The notes: generated by a model from the sequence alone, not told the origin. A stretch of DNA of 64,000 bases from Lytechinus pictus (GCF_037042905.1 NW_026974140.1:19468001-19532000), one strand, 5' to 3'; numbered from the stretch's first letter, positions 49,409 through 62,930 are shown. A program made the numbers and translations.

Positions 49409-50642
49409 TTTTGATAATATGAGTTTTACTGGAATATCCATATTCTTTTGTAACCTTTACCGAAGGCTTAGTATATATATATATATATTTATATACACAC
49501 TAAGCGTTCGGTGAAGGTTACAGAAGAATATGGAAATTGCAGTAAAACTCATATGTCAAAAGTTAATTTGAAAGAGAATGCAGAATTCTTAAAGCCTATT
49601 TGTACCTTGGGTTTGATTCATCTGAACTTTAGATACAATTTGGAACGAATTTCTCACTTACTGATCGATTCAATGGTATAAGAAACACCTAAAATTATCA
49701 GCAATCATTTCAAGACTTCAAAAATATTATAAAGTACAAAAAAGAGAAGAAAATTGAATAATTGTGCGAAGCATCTCCTTGCTATTCAAATTCAAAGTTT
49801 GCACAAATGTGTCAATTATTGTGGCTGCAAAGTTAGCCTTGATATTGACACACACCCCGAAGTAGAGAAAAAGAAAGCAAGAAAAATATTGAAACACCTA
49901 TTTGTTTTAGAACTGCATGCTTTTTTGCGTTTACTTTGGTAAGCATATTATTATCTAATTCCGACTACCGCGTTAACAAATAACTAATCCCCCTCTCTCC
50001 ACTCCTCTCTCTCTCTCTACCTTTCAAGATGACATTTAAAATCAATACCTAAATCCGTGATGCGAAATCAGTCCAGCTGTCTTTCAATAATGACCAGACT
50101 GATGAAACATTGATTGACATTTCAAGCTTAAAAGAAACCGACCATTCACCGTATACGTAAACATGTGGACCTATATAATCAGGTAACTTGGTTGCCATTA
50201 CGATCTGCTATATGCCTACCAAATTTTTTAGTCCACCAAAATCAGAATTATCCACACTCTCATACATTCCCACAATCATGGCTATCTGGATTTGAATTAA
50301 TCCAAGGATTTCGAATTCATAAACTTGCAAGGATAGTCTAATTATCGTACTTGTGCATAAACAGTTTTTATTTCATATTTTATAATGCCCGATGTATATT
50401 CATTAAAGCTATTAATGTCAGTACAAATTTGACCAAAATAGCGCAATATCAGTACCACATTTTTTAAAATTCTATCTAATCTATATAGCCTTTAGAGTTA
50501 AATAACCCTAATTTAGACATTTTTGATATGTAATACCACAACCTTCTGCTAGAATTTCACTCTAAAGTTTACGAATCTCTGATAAATCTAGAATAATGAC
50601 CAGCTTAAAATTTGATTTATTTTGAATCTCATTTTCAAAGCA

Positions 50643-50895
50643 CACTGTAAAAACTGTGGTGTTAAAACTTAAACCAGTTTGTGTTAATAGAAGACCACAT
50701 CCTGAGGTGTATAAAATTACACCCTAGAGATTGAACATTACACCAAAGAGTGTTAATGTAACAACCAAAGGTGTAGTAACACCTTTGGGTGTTACTACCT
50801 ATAGGTGTTAAACTAACACTGTCAATTTAACACCGGTGTAAAATAACTGATGTGGTCCTGTATGTACACCGGTTAACACCACAATTTTTGCTGTG
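50643..50895. mobile_element. CACTA-type MITE
   Basis: CACTGTAAAAACTGTGGTGTTAA ... TTAACACCACAATTTTTGCTGTG; CA duplication; many acacc/ggtgt subterminal motifs. Confidence 0.75.
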
Positions 50896-50975
50896 CAGGA
50901 CTAATAGATTTAAATCTTCGAGGTTTAAATTTAAATCCCCAACATTTGAATCTAAATGTAATGTTCGACTATTTT

Positions 50976-51011
<36 letters not shown>

Positions 51012-51062
51012 GTGTGAGATTATACATGTACAACAGCTTTGGCAACTATATGTATATATATA

Positions 51063-51818
51063 CAGTGCGTCCCAGAAAAAACGAAACCGAGATTTAGCGA
51101 TAATTTATCATAACTTAATCACAAATACAATAGACAAATGACCTACCATTGTAAAGCTTAGAATCTCCTCTTTCATCTGAAATTACTTAGATTATTTCTC
51201 ATTCACGCATGAGTGAGCAAAAACAATTTGAAGAGGGGATACCAAAAAGTCATTTGGCGGGCAGTGTCTGGGTTTCAAAAAGAAAACCACATTTTTAAAA
51301 AGTTCAATATCTGCTCTTTAATTTGATACCTCAATTACAGAAAATGGTCAAGAAATAAGAAAGTTCTGGTTATTTGAAATGAGGCTTGAATTTCGATAAT
51401 TTCATAAAATGAAGAGGTTTTACAGGCCAGCGTTCAAACTCACTCGACACTCCGTTTTGTTGACGATCAGCCATGCATGAAGTCTTTTGTTAACCATGCG
51501 ATAGCTTCTGTGGGAAACCGGTGAAAACACGTTTATTTAATGAAATTGTGGAAATACAAGCATTGTTTCGAGGGAACGTAACTTTTTTACTTCTTGACCA
51601 TTTTTTGTGATTAAGGTATCAAATTAAAGAGAAGATATTGAACTTTTTAGGCATGTGATTTTCTTTTTAAAATTCAGATACCCCCCGCCAAATGAGTTTT
51701 TGGTATCCTTTCTTCAAATTGTTTTTGCTCACTCATGCGTGAATGAGGAATAATCTAAGTAATATCAGATGAAAGAGGAGATTCTAAGCTTTACATTGGT
51801 AGGTCATTTGTCTATTGT
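51063..51818. mobile_element. Second copy of the 13439-14245 MITE, opposite orientation, right end missing
   Basis: TA-CAGTGCGTCCCAGAAAAAACGAAACCGAG start; the core is the reverse complement of 13750-13960; similarity stops at about 51818. Confidence 0.88.
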
Positions 51819-51899
51819 TTTTGTTTGTTTCTTTGAAGGGGCAGTCCTCCTTAGTCACTTCTTAGCTTTATTCTTATAAATTAATATATAGTATCATAA

Positions 51900-53563
51900 T
51901 CCTTATTTATATGATGCGAGCGCGAAGCGCGAGCTAATTTTTTGGAAATTTTATGTATTTTTTCCTTAAATTTGAACATTCTGGGCAATGTTTGTTATCC
52001 TGAAAAAGATGTGTATGCAACTTAATAATTACTACAAGCGCAAAGCGCGAGCAGAAATAAACTGATGGAAAAGATACCTGTTAAAGTAACATTTAACAAT
52101 CAAATAATGCGAGCGAAGCGCGAGCTAATTTTTTTTTGACATTTTCACCTAAAGAATTGAAACTCAAGCAGAATAGGTATATAAGTAAACAATTGATGCG
52201 AGCGCGAAGCGCGAGCGTAAAATTTCGAGATTTAGTCCTATAATATTTACTGAACGAGACACTCTACTCATGTTTTGTAAATCATGAAAAGGATGAGTAT
52301 TAATAATGCGAGCGCAAAGCGCGAGCAGAAAATTTTTATATACGTTTTGAACTGGTACCTGTTGAAAAGGTAACTGTTAAGGACTGCTTGCACTTAGCCA
52401 TGAAGGCGTTACATATTTCAACAATCAAAAAATGCGAGCACGAAGCGCAAGCTGAAATTTTTTGAACTTTCTAAAGAAAGAATGGAAAATTTTAATCAGT
52501 TTTTGTAATCGTGAACATGATAGCTATATAATTTAATAATTGAAGCGAGCTCGAAGCGCGAGCAAAAAAAAAAACGAGATTTAGACCTAAAAATGGGCCA
52601 CTCTGTTCATGATGTACAAAAGGATGAGTAATATTGGGTCTTCCCACATTAATAATGCGAGCACAAAGCGCGAGCAGAAATATTTTGATATTGTGATCTG
52701 AAACTGGATAATGATTTAAATAGAGAACAAGTTGAGTATCTGAATAGACATGCGCGCGCGTGTTTCATAAATTATTCAGACCTAGAATCTAAGCATTCTA
52801 TATACATGTACATCTTTAATCATGTAAATCATGAAACTTTGATACTCCGATCTGAAAAAAGAGTCAATTTCAGCTTTATATTTCAAGCACTTTGTAGAAA
52901 AATTGTAAGGCAAGCAGCAAATGTTAATATTCAGACCATAAAACTGACATTTTTACAGAGCACTTTTTAAAAATCAATTTGTAAATCACACAAAATAATG
53001 AAAGTTCGATTTCCAAGGTGAAATATGTTTTGTATATTGACTTCCAAACTTGACATTCGAGCTCCATATTGAACAAGATATGTAAATCACCTAACAGGCA
53101 ATGCGAGCGCGAAGTGAGAGCTAAAATGTTATATATAGTGGCACGAAAGATTCTTTTTATTTTCCAAGTCTTCCCCTCATCTTGTTTTATGCACTCGTCG
53201 TCCTCTTCATTTTCTCCTCTCTTTTCCCTCTTTTATTCCTTCTTTCTTTCCGTTTTTTTTCTTTTTTTTTTGCTCCGCCAAGAGGGGGAGGGGGGGGGGG
53301 GCGGGCCCCTCGGCCCCCTGGTCCGCCTACGGGGACAAGGGGCGGGAACATTTGACAAGCAAAAAAAAAGGTTATCCCAAAAGTAAGGTCATCTTGTCCC
53401 CACTCGTCCCCAAATACATGTTTTATTTCGATTTAGAATGATGTATTTCTTACCATCGTAAAAGACCAAAAATAGTAGGGGGGACATTTGATATTGTGTC
53501 CCCCCTACTATTTTGAGTAGGGGGGACACGTCCCCCCTGTCCCCCCTGGGATTTCCGCCCATG
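51900..53563. repeat. Composite repeat with about nine dispersed ATGCGAGCGCGAAGCGCGAGC motifs and G/C-rich transposon-like right ends
   Basis: Motif near 51914, 52035, 52107, 52196, 52306, 52432, 52543, 52655, 53101; ends in ttccgcccatg at 53563. Confidence 0.75.
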
Positions 53564-56229
53564 ACCCAATATTGGGTCAAATGGAAATATTCACGTAGGT
53601 TGGGTAAAAAGGATACCAAATATTTTGTCAATTTTACGATATATTGCGTTGAAATGGTCCAATACGGGGTAAAAAAAAACGACCCAGCAAACATGTATGT
53701 TCCCTTTCTACCCAATATTGGGTAAAATTTTACTCAGTGTTTTTAGAGTGTAGTTAATAGTGGACAATCTATCACAAATCAATTGGCTTCAAGAGAGTTT
53801 TTAAAGCTCACTTGAAACCGATTGATCTGTAAAATATGTCCCAAACATTGTAAACTAATCAAATATGACTACATGGGTATATATCATTAATTATAGCTTA
53901 AAGCAAGTTCATGTTGTGCTCTTAACTAATGTGAATAAATTAGAAGACAATTATTTCAGAATGAATTATATAAATATATTAGGAAGGATCACCACAGTAT
54001 GGAAATGTCTTCTTTTCAAAATAGGCATATTCATGTTTTCAGTGGCTGATGGTTTTACTGCAATATACCAAAATACATTGTATTTATAAGACTTTACTGA
54101 GCTTCTACATTTCCTGATGAATATAAAACTCCATATGTATGCCTTCTTACCAATTGCACATGAGTTTACACGTAATATTCTGAAAGCGAGCAGATGATAT
54201 GTAACATTCGACAGTTAAATTGGGTTAATATAATCAGAATGGCATATTCTGCAGCCAAGCAGGAATTCCTAAATGTCAAATTAATCCAGTCTTTGTTATT
54301 ACAGCAAATTACATGGTATAAAGTACACATATAAGAGGTACCAGTTGTATTTTCAATCCTGCACAATAGATAATATTGAAAGTATGCGCATAAGTGTTCA
54401 AATACTCTTCTACAGTCATGTCTCCAACAAAGATTTCAAATGTCAGATTCAATTTGAATTCGATTATCTACCCACATACCTAAAGAAATTTAATTAAGAT
54501 ATGTATATTGTTTTAACATTTCTTACTTGCACTATTTCATAATCTTTTCGATTATTTTCTTTTCAATTTCATTCTGTATAATATCATCATTTCTAGTGGC
54601 TTTCGTGCTCTTTTTAAACACCAAACTGATTAAACAAGGGGGGGGGGGGGAGGGACCCTCTTTCGAACCGAACATGATCCACAAACGATTTACAAAAAAA
54701 CAACCTAAATAGTGGATACTTAAATCCAACGAAGTCATTTATCAATATGATTAAAAAAACCCGCTTAATATCATTAAAAAAGAAATCGTCAAAACGACAT
54801 TATGGTTTCTCTTTCTACTCATCTACGCCTAAATACAGCATTAAGCAGTGATGCAGTCTACGTATTATTAATACCACATGATATCAAATCAATTCAAGCA
54901 TTAAATGAGAATGATAATGGCATTTCTTTTGTTCCTCAATGAGATGGGTTATTGGATAATGCCAGTAATAATTGAATCTACAATCATGATGATGACATTT
55001 TATATCCTGTAATCTAAATGATTTCGATTATAGGCCCCAGATAATGTGCAGTGATAATGACACATTGAAGCTTGTTACTTTGAAGGGGAAGCCCTTCATG
55101 TTTCGAGATAATATTTTGAAAATGCGAATAATTTACTTTGGTTTCATTATTACAAGTTTTTTCTTCATGTTTTGATATCTATAATCCTACCATATATCAC
55201 TCTGATTCTTATAGATCTCTAAACATATTCAACAGCTTTGATGATTTGATGCAAAATTATATTCCAGGAAAGTCATTAGGAGAATTAATGATGTAGCGTG
55301 TGTACCCTATATTCAGAAGGCCGATATATCCTTGAATTTGGAATGAGTAAAATAAATTAAGACAAACCCATTCATTTCCCTGCTTCCCGATTTGAATTTA
55401 TGATATACAATTTCAGTTCATGAAAAGCAGAAAGCACTGTTCACAGTGTTCTCTAAATTAGTTAAACAAATAAAGGTTTTGAATATCAAGTGTCTCTGAA
55501 AGAAGAATACGGCCAATAAAACTGAAGAAAATAACCCTACCCAAGTGAATCAACAAGAGTGTTTTTTTTTAATAAATCTGTTGAGGTGCTTAACATAAAA
55601 TTATAAACCTAAATGTTAAAAATTAATATTTATAATGCTTAAATGAACTGATATTGAAATAAATATATTCATGAAACAAGCGATAATATGCTAACCCAAA
55701 TAGATGTATAATTTTCTACAAATGGGGTTATTAACAATTAATTGGAAATTCAAACATGTTAAGTAAGCCACAAGTGTTGTTTATCATTTTCATATTAAAC
55801 AGATTTAATGTACATCTAAACCATCTCGTATTGATGCAGAATAAAATAATGATAAAGATTGATTTATTAAGCGCATAATGGGAAAAGCTCTGCGCTTAAA
55901 ATATAAAATGTAACTGCACTAAACCGGCCATCCTTGGGAGTATATTAAATGGGCTTTTAACGTGTAGCGTTATAGGTCCACTAAACTGTACGTGTTGGGG
56001 TGCTACATTAGTGTATCATTGTAACTTATCATGATTAAAGAAAGTGCCACCCGGCCCTAGGGGCATAGCTCCCATTAGAATCATCTCAGGACTCATAACA
56101 TACCCTAACACTTTGACTTCACGACGGAAACATACCGCAAAGACATGATATAATTTTAAGCTTGTATCTCCTTTCAAGATGACTTCTTGACACACTTTTC
56201 ATCATAATGTAATGTATACATTGATGTAT

Positions 56230-56857
56230 GTGGAGTAGACCATAGTGGGGTTGATCGAGATGATGTCCTCAGATTATGATTTGTGGAGTATACCATAGTG
56301 GGGTTGACAGAGGTGATGTCCTCAGATTATGATTTGTGCAGTATACCATAGTGGGGTTGATCGAGGTTGATCGAGGTGATGTCCTCAGATTATGATTTGT
56401 GGAGTATACCACAGTGGGGTTGACCGAGATGATGTCCTCAGATTATGATTTGTGGGGTATACCACAGTGGGGTTGATCGAGATGATGTCCTCAGATTATG
56501 ATTTGTGGAGTATACCATAGTGGGGTTGATAGAGATGATGTCCTCAGATTATGATTTGTGGAGTATACCATAGTGGGGTTGACAAAGAGGATGTCCTCAG
56601 ATTATAATTTGTGGAGTATACCATAGTGGGGTTGATCGAGGTGATGTCCTCAGATTATGATTTGTGGAGTATACCATAGTGGGGTTGACAACGATGATGT
56701 CCTCAGATTATAATTTGTGGAGTATACCATAGTGGGGTTGATCGAGGTGATGTCCTCAGATTATGATTTGTGGAGTATACCATAGTGGGGTTGATAGAGA
56801 TGATGTCCTCAGATTATGATTTATGGATTTTACCACAGTGGGAATGACTGAGATGAT
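56230..56857. repeat. 53-bp minisatellite, about 11.5 copies, MFSD6-like intron 1
   Basis: Unit gtggagtataccatagtggggttgatcgagatgatgtcctcagattatgattt; one unit has a 10-bp internal duplication. Confidence 0.95.
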
Positions 56858-58367
56858 TTCGTCAGTTTACGCCGTCTAGATTTTGCTCTCTGCCACTTTG
56901 CCTTTTATATTGTACCAATATCATATCTGATAGGAGAACCATCCAACACATTCCCTTTAAAGCCATTTCGATGCCGCGAGGATGAAACATGTCGGGCATG
57001 TGCTTCAATTGACTTTTACTCTCCGATTTTAGACAAATAAATCCATTCCTATACGTACTTACTGACCATTTACACAAGGGAATATGCTATTGTAATGACA
57101 TTTACTTCTCACTGCCTGCACATCTGGTCGGATATTATGGGCAGACACATTGCTAACTGTTAGTAGGGAAAGCAAAAATAAATGTGGCAATATTTCTTAA
57201 AATATAATTTGTATTGAATTACTCGACTGGCCGCATGTGACCACAAATGTGAAAGACAACACCACAAATAGATATATTCCCTCAAACTAATCTTTGTAAT
57301 GTGGAAGTGTGTGAAAATCTATAAAATAATGATTTAAAAGTAGTCAAATTCTGATGATTTTGCACATCTTGTATCTTTTATCATATTACAATATTTCGCA
57401 AAATTTCTGGAAAAAAGATGTTGAAATTTATTTCGTCATGTATGTAATATCCATTTTTGCAATCAAATAAAAATTGAAACATTCCCAGTTATCTATCTTC
57501 AACACAATTCATTAATCAGTTTCCTGAATAAACTGGCGGCATCGCAGGTCTCCATCAAATGCTACATTGCACCTATGTATGTCTTTGTACTTCTGAAAGT
57601 GGAAGCTATATGAATCAATTTGCAATTCGTTGTCACTCCATTTCTTAAAACTCTTTGATCTAACCTAGACTGAATACTGGCATTGAAGCTAACAGAGACA
57701 CTTTAGCTAAAATTTGGTTAGGATAATAATTATAAAAATGTGTGTTCAAATCGGCGTGTTTTCAGCAAGAAAGAAATGCATCCACGTTGTGCTGCACTCA
57801 ACCCAGGTATCCAGAATGATTTAATCCTTGAATACACCATCGAATGTTGCAAACAACTACTTTATAGGGCCGAAGTATAGTTCGGATTTCGATATGCAAC
57901 TAGATAAACGGCGCTTTTAAATTCTATATTAGGCAAGAATATGGATTTGTTGTATCAGTTTAACAAATTAACATTAAAAAATGTGTATGATGTCTAGTGA
58001 TTCTGAACACTGGATTGACAAAGACCTCCTTGAATGCAGCACAACCTGAACTCGACTGCTGTTCAATACTGATTACCGACATGAATACCCGCATGAATAA
58101 TCATGAAATCCTATAAAAATGATCCTGACTGCAATGGCATTTACCGCTCATATTGCCTTTTAAAAAGCTATAGTAATAATAATAACGAATTTCTTGTATA
58201 GCGCATATCACAGGACTTGGATATTATTACCACTGTTATTAATGTCAACTATCCTGGAAAATTACATGCACCACGCCCTATCAAATCCCTTCTGATCAAG
58301 CTTTGATCCCCTTGTGAAATTCCATCTATAGAGTCAACATAAATAGAGTCAAAGTAATTACACTCAC

Positions 58368-58431
58368 CGGCCAAATGTGTGAAATACACCGCCTTGATGG
58401 GCAAGAGAGCCCGGTTAATATGAAGCTTCAT
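58368..58431 (-). CDS. MFSD6-like major facilitator superfamily transporter, coding exon 1 of 4; CDS span 58431-40723, 794 aa
   Basis: MKLHINRALLPIKAVYFTHLA G|gtgagt. The LLP.K..YF pattern starts TM1 in MFSD6-type proteins; in-frame TAG upstream; phase 1 matches the acceptor at 45697. Confidence 0.85.
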
Positions 58432-61400
58432 CTTAGATGTTACTAGCTAGTCCGTATTCTCTTTCCGCTTGTCTCTGTCAACGTAGTTATTACTTTCTTC
58501 AGGTTTGTCTCCCTTCTGTTCATGGCCTCAAGATGCAGCTTACTGAATGCATGCCTTCAAATTATGACATCCTTCATTTCTCTCATCTCCAATCAGCTTC
58601 TTTTTCAATTCCTTAGCAAGCTATGTTCGTTCTCCTTAGGCAGTAAAATGAAAAATTAAGACATGTTTAGGAAAAAAATGATTGTAAATTGTCGTGCTGA
58701 CAGCAGACGAGATTCTGATTTCTCCTCTGCCATTTTACTTATAGAGTTATATCATTTATATAGTTGAGACTATCCTTAATCTTCAGTTGACTTGATGTTA
58801 TTTTGCATTCTTTAAGAGAACAAAAAATTGAATATACTTTATCTTCAAAAGTGAATGCATCTTCACAACAAAGACTTTTTTATTTCCGCTTTATAACAAT
58901 TATCTGAATGTATCATTATTTCCCATTATTGTGATGATAACTAGAATTCGAAATTTACTTTTATACATTCTTATTCAAGTTTTTTTTTTTACCTAAGGTA
59001 AACTTCATTATATAACATTAGCCAAGAGAAAGACAATTTCCATCCTTTAAAAAAATACTATTTATTCTAGTGATACCAATTGATCCAGACGAAATTTATT
59101 GTAAATTGCTTTAAACACACAAGATTATAAAATAAACCTGTCGCAGTAGCATTGTAATTTGAAATTTCTATAATACTTCTTTTAAGTACGTTTTTTTTTA
59201 TAGCAAAATGTATCTTTCATTCGATTACATCATACTGTCTGGTGGAAACCACAACAATCATAAATACAATAATTGTTTTCTCATCACAAGTTGGATTAAG
59301 AGAACCTTCTTGATTATTAAATTTCAATCAAATATATATCTTGCTCCTAGCACAAACCACAAAGTAGTATGGCTAACTTAATTGAAAAATGAAGATTTCT
59401 CTCCCGTAGGCAAGCTGTGCAGTGAGTAATAAACCTACATCCATACTCTTGAAATTCACCCTTTAAAAGTTTATTAGTCGAGTGATCCAGAATATTTAAT
59501 CATTTTAAGCACTGCAATTTTGTGTCTTTGTTTTTAAATTAGTATCAAGAAAATATAACCTGTATTTCGATATAGTACCCCGCTAAGTGTTAACAAGACT
59601 TCTTATTTGAGACAGTGTGAAGTCTTAATTAGACATTTTACATCACGAAATATAGCACACATTCTGATATACATATTCTTTTTCTAAACAATGCAATAAT
59701 AATCAGATGTGTGTTTACAGGTAGTAATTGCTTTGGTAAATTAAGAACAGGTGAAATTTAATGTCAGTAATATCATCCGCCAAACCCACCATACGTCTCA
59801 ATTTACGACACAGCGTTCCTCTCAGAATAGGATTCCTCATAAGAGACTGGTCCTTATACCCCATCAATCAATTTCAGAGTCATTAGCAACTAAGTAGAAG
59901 ATAAGATGGAGGTGTATAGTGAGAATAAGGGTTCTCATAAGGCAATCCAACAGGTTTCACATCATACGTGTATACATTTATTTGAATTACATATTGAATC
60001 TCATTTATCATGAATTGATTTGGGCAAGATATATACTTATTTCAAAATAGTTTTATTGAAGCATCAAAGGCTCTATAAGAGATGTAAAATCACAGAACCT
60101 CTGCTAAGGGACACTTGTAAGATGTATCAATATAAGTTTTTCGTCTTTGCAGTTTATATGTGGTGATTTCTCTCTATTCACCATTCAAAGTGTAAAAGAA
60201 ACGCTTCTTTCTCTCACCATGCTCATTCCCCGAATGAAATCCCAAATATCTAACATGTCTCAGGAGGCCTCCTTTAAAAACGAAATCAATATGGTGGAAT
60301 TAACTACAAAGAATATCCAATACAATATAAGAAGAAAATAAAATTCTCAGTTTGTATGAAGGGAGAATAATTCAACAATGCATTACCACTACTAAGTCAC
60401 TGATAATGTTGTAAAATACTGAAAATCACACTAAATGAAGATGAAGAAATAGACCTATGATCATTTTTTCGAAGAAATTACCTAATATCTATTTAGATTT
60501 TCTCTTAGCAGAATGATAATGATTGTTTTGAAGAAACTCTGAAGCCCCTAGATATTGCTCTGAGAGTGACGTTGACCTGTATTTTCTCTCAGGTATTATT
60601 AAATTATTCCTTTCTTGTCAGTCTCTTCTCCCTCCTCATGTGGTTCTCATCAACGATGCCTCCATCTTCATTCTGACCTTTAAGAAATACAAAGCGATGA
60701 CAATAAAGACAGACAGGTTTGCTTTTAAGATGAAAGGCTTTATTATTGTTTCCGCTTGGGAGGCACAATCTTTCAGTAAATAACTGTTATTCTATAGGTA
60801 TTCATTGAATACTTTAGTTGTACAGAATATCATTCTAAACCTAACCCAAAAAAAAAAAAAATTCATACATCATCTTTTCTCAAAATAGTTGAAACATGTG
60901 AGATACTATCTAATCTTTTGAGGGCATTGGAAGCAAAATGGAATATTGCAGCATGTATAACAATTGTTGAGAAATAAAACATACTTGTATCGATGTTTTC
61001 CTCCTCCTCCAATATATAGGTCGTGTTCTCTTGATGTTATACGTACGAATATAAAGTAACATTTTTTTGGTCTTCTTATATATATATATATATTTTTTTT
61101 ACTATATAGCATAGATATCTTATTCTTCACATCTATGTCTTTTGGATATTGGAGGTGGGGCCGTACTGAACCCAATGATGTAGGTAATAAGGTAAAACCG
61201 ACGACCGACTTCTGTGACATAACAATTAAAATATCGCTGTATACTTGTTTAGGGGTTCAATTCAGCGAATCCATGCCAAGGGAATCGTTTTGTTTCCAAT
61301 ACTTGTTAAGGGTAGGGTTTCACACACCAATATCTGTTAAGGGGTGCATTTTCAGAATATGGAAAACACTTGTTTAGGGTGCTTTTCGAGACCCAGTGGT

Positions 61401-62327
61401 CGCGCATGGTATCCACTCGTCAATGGAAGTGTTCCCCCGGGATTATATAGCATTTAATATTTAACAAGAAGTCAATCTACAATTTACCACGATCTTCTCC
61501 AACAATGACCAAGACGCTAAATGTGTAACCGGTAAAATTCGAATGCCATTGATGTTGGTTTAGCGATTTGAGCGACTCTATTTTTCATTACTGTAATACT
61601 CCCCAGCGAGTACAGTTTGCACATACTTTGTTTGCGGGCCCAATGCAAAGTCATATGGAAAGAACTTAATATAAGAAACATCACAGGAAAAACTGTGGCA
61701 TTATTTAATTGGTGTACAAAGAGGAACGACGAAGTTTTTTTCTCTAATGTTAGTTCACTTTATTTATTTCTTTGGCCATGGTCGATCTCTAGAGTGTAGT
61801 TTAAACACCTCAGATTGTGGTTATAATATAGGGACACCAAAATTGTGTCAGTGTTAACACTCCGTTTTACACTGATTATTTCAATGTGTCAAGTGCTATA
61901 AATGCGAAATATCACTATTATTCAGACCGTTTGGGTAGAGTATCTTGTTGCCCTGAACTGTATCTTCTAATATAAGGGCATTACCCTATTATGTTATTCC
62001 CAAGGAGTAATGTAACATTTTGAAGTCAGACAAATGTATCAGTTCTAAGATCTGGAAACGTAATACCCGAAAGCTTAGGCTAAACTCATGAATTACCATA
62101 ACCGTGTTGTCAACCATTCATGCTCCACACAATATTCGTTGTTTATAACATGGAACCTAGTAGGGTCCATGTTTATACACTTCATAAAAAAGTGGAGATT
62201 ATTATCCTCCCTTTTTTCAAAAGCTGGTCATAGAGATTTAATATGAACTTCATGTTTGCTGGTGTATACACTCTGGTGAAGATTGAAAACCATTTAAGTA
62301 GCATTACATGCATATTAGCATTGTTAA

Positions 62328-62930
62328 AGGTCAAGTCCACCCCAGACAAATGTTGATTTGGATCAACAGAGAAAAATCATACAAGCATAATGCTGAAAAT
62401 TTCATCAAAATCGGATGTAAAATAAAAAAGTTATGATATTGAAAAGTTTCGCTTATTTTTCACAAAATGGTTATATGCACAATAATTTTAGTCACATGCA
62501 AATGAGAGAATCGATGATGTCCCTCACTCATTATTCCTTTTGTTTTTTATTGTTTAAATTATACAATATTTCAATTTTTAAAGAATTGACAATAAGGACC
62601 AAGTTCACTGAACCATAAAATGATAAACAATGGTAATTCCACATGTTCAGGGAGAAATAAAACTTTGTTTCACAGGAAATTGAGGATAAAATTATAATTT
62701 TTCATATTTCATATAATAAAATACAAAAGAAAAAGCGAGTGAGTGAGTGATGTCATCAGTTCCCTCATCCGACCAGGATGTGCATATAACTATTTTGTGA
62801 AATAAAGCGAAACTTAAAAATGCCATGTCTTTCTTATTTTACATCCAATTTTGATGAAATGTTCAGTGTTACGCTCATTGGATTTTTCTCTTTTTATTCA
62901 AATCAACTTGTTGGGGGGTGGACTTGTCAT
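62328..62930. mobile_element. Kolobok-like palindromic non-autonomous element; older relatives at about 17435-18930, 35640-36030 and 36737-37253
   Basis: TTAA-AGGTCAAGTCCACCCC ... GGGGTGGACTTGTC; inverted arms tttcatcaaaatcggatgtaaaataa / ttattttacatccaattttgatgaaa. Confidence 0.7.

Noticed and set aside
51900-53125. CRISPR array
   Set aside because: Eukaryotic context, no cas genes, irregular spacer lengths and spacers that resemble each other.
56230-56857. Satellite-encoded hammerhead ribozyme (CTGAGGA on the - strand of each unit)
   Set aside because: The required downstream GAAA and supporting stems are absent.
60576-60678. Possible further upstream exon of the MFSD6-like gene
   Set aside because: Plausible acceptor but weak donor and no open frame; needs transcript evidence.
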